Shown: positions 60,171 through 64,000 of the stretch, piece by piece
Layout: each line of letters starts with the position of its first letter
Numbering within the stretch: position 1 is the stretch's first letter
Assembly (NCBI GenBank): GCA_965228855.1
Contig: CBDDIJ010000005.1
Coordinates: forward strand, 672,001-736,000
Origin: Candidatus Obscuribacterales bacterium
GTDB lineage: Bacteria > Cyanobacteriota > Vampirovibrionia > Obscuribacterales > Obscuribacteraceae
Direction: 5' to 3'
DNA length: 64,000 nt
Made by a program: the position numbers and the translations under genes
Notes under the pieces: generated by a model
The model's input: the letters and a program-made list of their open reading frames with translations, nothing else
What the model was told of the DNA's origin: nothing
Database searches by the model: none

Positions 60171-60614
60171 TTAGCGACGTTTTTTCGCTTTAGCTTTCTT
60201 AGCTGCTGGCTTCGCTTTCGGTTTAGCCTTAGCTGCTTTTTTAGCTGGTTTGGCTTTAGCTTTCGCTTTCGGAGCTGCTGCTTTTTTCGGTTTTGCGGTT
60301 GCTTCTACCGATTTCGGCAATGCAGGGATCTTCGCCTTACCATCGACAATTTGCTTGAGCTCTTGTCCAGCGCGGAAGACTGGAACGCGGGCAGCTGCAA
60401 TCTTCAGTTTCTCATTCGGATTCTGAGGATTGACACCCATCCGTGCTTGTCTTTGACGACGCTCGAATGTTCCGAAGCCTACGAGCGTAACACGCTCGCC
60501 TTTAGCCATTGCTGACGTAAGATGATGCAACAGGGCTGCCACTGTGTTGTGGACATCGAGTTTGGTTTGGCCGGTGACCTTCGCAATCTCGTTTACTAGT
60601 TCTGCTTTGTTCAT
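60171..60614 (-). CDS. hup: HU family DNA-binding protein with Lys/Ala/Pro-rich histone-H1-like C-terminal tail
   Basis: MNKAELVNEIA, VTLVGFGTFE, GVNPQ, VPVFRAGQELK; tail AKPKKAAAPKAKAKAKPAKKAAKAKPKAKPAAKKAKAKKRR. Confidence 0.93.
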   Translation of the reverse strand: MNKAELVNEIAKVTGQTKLDVHNTVAALLHHLTSAMAKGERVTLVGFGTFERRQRQARMGVNPQNPNEKLKIAAARVPVFRAGQELKQIVDGKAKIPALPKSVEATAKPKKAAAPKAKAKAKPAKKAAKAKPKAKPAAKKAKAKKRR

Positions 60615-60770
60615 GCGTTCATTCCTAAAAACTGCAAGGACAATTAAAAGTCTTTTTCAACAAAAGACTAAATTCAAGGTGAGAGAATAGCATCGTGATA
60701 CTCAGAGTTCAAGGGGTTCTCCAAAGAATTTTTTTTGGACCGAATTCAAAATCGGTAAATTCAATACAGC

Positions 60771-62174
60771 ATGCACGATCAAGACACAATAGCGGCAATC
60801 TCGACTCCACCTGGTACAGGCGCAATTGCGATAGTTCGATTATCAGGTCCAAAATCAATCTCGATACTCGCAAAAATATTTTCCAGCTCGCCTGAGACCT
60901 TCAAGCCACTCCAATGGGAATCTAGAAGCCATGAGGCTATCCATGGGTATATATGGAATCCCGATAACGTCGAATTAGTAGACGAAGTAGTCGCGATTCC
61001 ATACAAAGGACCAGTAACGTATACAGGAGAAGACATCGTAGAAATAAACTGCCACGGCAGTCCTCTGTTAGCCCGGGAAATTTTGGACCTGGCTATGAGA
61101 TCGGGAGCGAGACTTTCCCAACCCGGCGAATTCACGAAGAGAGCCTTTCTCGCGGGACGCATGGATCTCACGCAGGCAGAAGCGGTTCTCGATTTGATTC
61201 AGGCGCGCACGACTCGCCAGAGCCGAATGGCGGTCAATGTCTTGAAGGGTGGGCTGGGACATTCAATAAAAGAAATTCGTGGGCGGCTGATGGAACTTCT
61301 CAGCCGTTTAATCGCCGGTATCGACTTCCCTGAAGAAGTAGGCGAATTGCCGCTCGACGATATCGGTCCCATTGTGCGACAAGCGACAACAGACTTAGAG
61401 CGTTTGCGAAAAACCGCTCGCAGCGGCCGCTTCCTCCGCGATGGACTAAGGCTTTCCATAGTGGGCCGACCGAACGCCGGAAAGTCGAGTCTACTCAACC
61501 AGTTTCTCGCATTCGAACGTGCCATCGTTACGGAGATTCCCGGCACAACTCGAGATTCAATAGAGGAGCCATTCGACATTAATGGAATTCCGGTAATTCT
61601 CATAGACACGGCCGGCGTTCGAATTACGGATGACACCGTCGAAAAGATCGGCATCGAACGCACCGGTCGCGCAGTCGATGAAAGCGATCTCGTGCTCATG
61701 GTTTGCGACGTCACCCAGGGATGGGGCAAAGAAGAGCAAGAAGTTTTGAAATTACTGAACGGTCAGCCGTTTCTGTTCATTCTCAATAAGATCGATCAAG
61801 CCGATGGTGAGTCGAATTCCAGCGAAATGAAATTGGAAGTTGAGCGAAACGAAAGTTGCATCGACCAGGCGCGCATTTCAGCAAAGACTGGAGAAGGTGT
61901 TGAGGAGCTGAAAAACAAGATCGAACGCTTCGCAATTAAAGACAATACGTTTAACGAGGCGGGCGGCAGTCTAAATCAAAGACAGGACGAATTGTGCCTC
62001 CGCGCGCTGCAGTCGCTTGACGACCTCAAAGTCTCGATAGACAACCGCATGCCTGAAGATTGTCTAGCGACTGACCTGAAAACAGCCATTCACTGCCTCT
62101 CAGAGGCTTGCGGAGACGAGGTAACCGAGGAGCTCATCACGGAAGTCTTCAGCAGATTCTGCATAGGTAAATAG
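60771..62174 (+). CDS. mnmE: tRNA modification GTPase MnmE (TrmE)
   Basis: DTIAAIST, TGEDIVEINCHG, GEFTKRAFL, GRPNAGKSSL, PGTTRD, DTAG, NKID, FSRFCIGK. Confidence 0.97.
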   Translation: MHDQDTIAAISTPPGTGAIAIVRLSGPKSISILAKIFSSSPETFKPLQWESRSHEAIHGYIWNPDNVELVDEVVAIPYKGPVTYTGEDIVEINCHGSPLLAREILDLAMRSGARLSQPGEFTKRAFLAGRMDLTQAEAVLDLIQARTTRQSRMAVNVLKGGLGHSIKEIRGRLMELLSRLIAGIDFPEEVGELPLDDIGPIVRQATTDLERLRKTARSGRFLRDGLRLSIVGRPNAGKSSLLNQFLAFERAIVTEIPGTTRDSIEEPFDINGIPVILIDTAGVRITDDTVEKIGIERTGRAVDESDLVLMVCDVTQGWGKEEQEVLKLLNGQPFLFILNKIDQADGESNSSEMKLEVERNESCIDQARISAKTGEGVEELKNKIERFAIKDNTFNEAGGSLNQRQDELCLRALQSLDDLKVSIDNRMPEDCLATDLKTAIHCLSEACGDEVTEELITEVFSRFCIGK

Positions 62175-63119
62175 ATGACTGACAAAAAGCCGCAGGCAAA
62201 GCCATTCAACTGGCGATGGTTTTTACGCGCCGTCGCACTGTCCACACTGTTAATTATGTTGGGATTTTACATTTGCATGTGCCCGATGGTAAACGGCGGC
62301 GTCTACGACAAAATCATGTTTCATCCCACGAAGAAACTCGATGGTCCGTGGACAGTGCGTGAAATCGCCGGCCATAAATATGATGACGTTTACTTCAAAT
62401 CAAAAAACGGAGCGAAACTTCACGCCTGGTACTTTGTGCAGCCGAACGCCAAATACACCGTACTCTTCAACCACGGCAACGGGGTGAATCTGTCGTTTCG
62501 CGTGGAAGAGCTCACCTTACTGCTCAACGCCGGACTGAATGTGTTTACTTACGATTATCAGGGTTACGGTATGAGCGAGGGCTCACCATCCATGCCCCGA
62601 GTGTTGGAGGATTCGTTTGCCGCCTACAACTATTTGGTTGATACAAAACAAATCGCGCCTGACCGAATCATAATTTTCGGCGAGTCTCTGGGAACAGCCG
62701 TCGCCGGAAATCTCGCATCCAAAGTCAAATGTGCCGGCGTTATTCTGCAATGTCCGCTGGCCTCGGTGAGGCGAAGAGGAATTGAGCTGTTTTTCCCTGT
62801 CGCGATGTATCCGGATTTTATGTGGGTCGAATCGGGTTTGAACAACGTCAAGAATTTTTCAGGCAAGCACGCGCCTCTATTTATGATCGCGGGCACTGCT
62901 GACCCGATGATTCCTATTGGACACGCTGATGATCTGTACAAAGCAGCAAGCGAGCCCAAACAATTTGTTCGGATAGAAGGCGCCGCTCACACAGGCGATC
63001 CCAAGCTAGTTTGCTCCACTGAGTATGCAGAAGGCTTAAAACAGTTTGTAGCGTCGCTTGACAGTCCAGAGCAGGAGAAAGCACAACCGGCTCGTGCTAC
63101 AGAGCAACAGCAGGAATAA
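62175..63119 (+). CDS. Membrane-anchored alpha/beta hydrolase (ABHD-type)
   Basis: N-terminal TM, HGNG, YDYQGYGMSEG, GESLG nucleophile, GTADPMIP, GAAH. Confidence 0.88.
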   Translation: MTDKKPQAKPFNWRWFLRAVALSTLLIMLGFYICMCPMVNGGVYDKIMFHPTKKLDGPWTVREIAGHKYDDVYFKSKNGAKLHAWYFVQPNAKYTVLFNHGNGVNLSFRVEELTLLLNAGLNVFTYDYQGYGMSEGSPSMPRVLEDSFAAYNYLVDTKQIAPDRIIIFGESLGTAVAGNLASKVKCAGVILQCPLASVRRRGIELFFPVAMYPDFMWVESGLNNVKNFSGKHAPLFMIAGTADPMIPIGHADDLYKAASEPKQFVRIEGAAHTGDPKLVCSTEYAEGLKQFVASLDSPEQEKAQPARATEQQQE

Positions 63120-63199
63120 CCCGTATAATTTACTGACGCCACCTGGACCGTGATACGCGCCAAGAAGAATCACAGTCTGAAACCTTCCAAATCGATTTA

Positions 63200-64000
63200 G
63201 TGAACGAGTTTCAAAAATCAGTAGACAAATTCATAGCTCCCGACCTGAAAGAGCGCTACCGCGATTTCAAATACGTCGGGCAGGGCGGGATGGGGCGCAT
63301 CGTCAGCGCGCACGACACGATGCTGGACAAACGTGTTGCAATAAAACTCTTGCCGGCCGTCAGTCACAGCGACACGGCTCTGGTTCGCTTTCACCAGGAA
63401 GCAAAGGCGATCAGCAAACTCAAACATTTGAACATAGTCACAGTTTTAGATTTCGGTTTTACATCGACAGAAGAACCGTATCTGGTGATGGATTACATCG
63501 ACGGAACACCGCTTGACACCGTCATCGAGGCTAATGAAACCATTCCGCTCAGAACAGCGATTCAGATAGCCCTTCAAATATGCGACGCACTGGAGCACGC
63601 TCATTTTAATGGCGTCATCCATCGCGATTTGAAGCCCAGCAACGTCATGCTCCTCAAAGATGAGCAGATTCGAATTCTGGATTTCGGTCTGGCCAAGTTG
63701 ATGGACGCAACGGACATCGACCACCGGCTAACCCGCAAAGGGCAAGCGATGGGAAGCCCGCTATTCATGAGTCCCGAACAGGTGCGCGGAGAAGACGCTG
63801 ATGAACGGGCTGACGTTTATGGACTTGGTATGCTGCTCCATAAAATGATCACTGGAAAAGTACCGCTGGAAAACGAAAACATAATCGTGATTCTCAGGTC
63901 ACGACTGGAAGAGCCGCCCCCGAACCTGCCACCAAATTCGGTGACTCCGGTTCTCACGGATGCGACGAACGAGATTTTGCAGAGAGCAATGGCTCCCGAT
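63200..64000 (+). CDS. Hanks-type Ser/Thr protein kinase (truncated by the window end)
   Basis: Absent from the ORF track (no stop). Manual translation from GTG 63200: GQGGMG, VAIKLL, RFHQEAK, HRDLKPSN, DFGLAK, GSPLFMSPEQ, DVYGLG. Confidence 0.93.
   Translation, partial: MNEFQKSVDKFIAPDLKERYRDFKYVGQGGMGRIVSAHDTMLDKRVAIKLLPAVSHSDTALVRFHQEAKAISKLKHLNIVTVLDFGFTSTEEPYLVMDYIDGTPLDTVIEANETIPLRTAIQIALQICDALEHAHFNGVIHRDLKPSNVMLLKDEQIRILDFGLAKLMDATDIDHRLTRKGQAMGSPLFMSPEQVRGEDADERADVYGLGMLLHKMITGKVPLENENIIVILRSRLEEPPPNLPPNSVTPVLTDATNEILQRAMAPD

Overview
Bacterial chromosomal window. Gene content and protein style suggest a non-photosynthetic relative of cyanobacteria (Vampirovibrionia/Melainabacteria, Obscuribacterales-like); this is inference from the cyanobacteria-like MurJ, IF2 and rimP-nusA-ylxR-infB order, the absence of photosynthesis genes here, and the TPR and Ser/Thr kinase content. 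The left 18 kb holds two tandem paralogous giant secreted proteins built from beta-helix-like repeats on the minus strand: about 4085 aa at 5531-17788 and more than 1810 aa at <1-5431, the second missing from the ORF track. They share an unusual conserved N-terminal module. The complete one ends in a distinct FecR-like C-terminal domain, and no TpsB/T1SS partner lies in the window. Next come a stand-alone Clp-N protein, ugd-uxs (UDP-xylose synthesis), two MazG-family genes, dapF-ftsQ and rsmH-ftsL-ftsI-murJ. An accessory block (32-45 kb) contains a zincin-TPR protein, a DUF6493-like protein, a 5'-nucleotidase overlapping head-to-head with a secreted protein, an sce7726-like nuclease and a DUF6088/AbiEi-like gene separated by a tandem palindromic 51-bp repeat array, and TPR proteins. 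The rest comprises an aldehyde dehydrogenase, a cysteine desulfurase, an iron-chelate/B12 ABC permease and ATPase, a G/Y/R/D-rich disordered protein, dgkA-ybeY, rimP-nusA-ylxR-infB-rbfA-truB-CPBP, an HU with a histone-H1-like tail, mnmE, an alpha/beta hydrolase and a truncated Ser/Thr kinase. No rRNA, tRNA, CRISPR-Cas or transposase was recognised.
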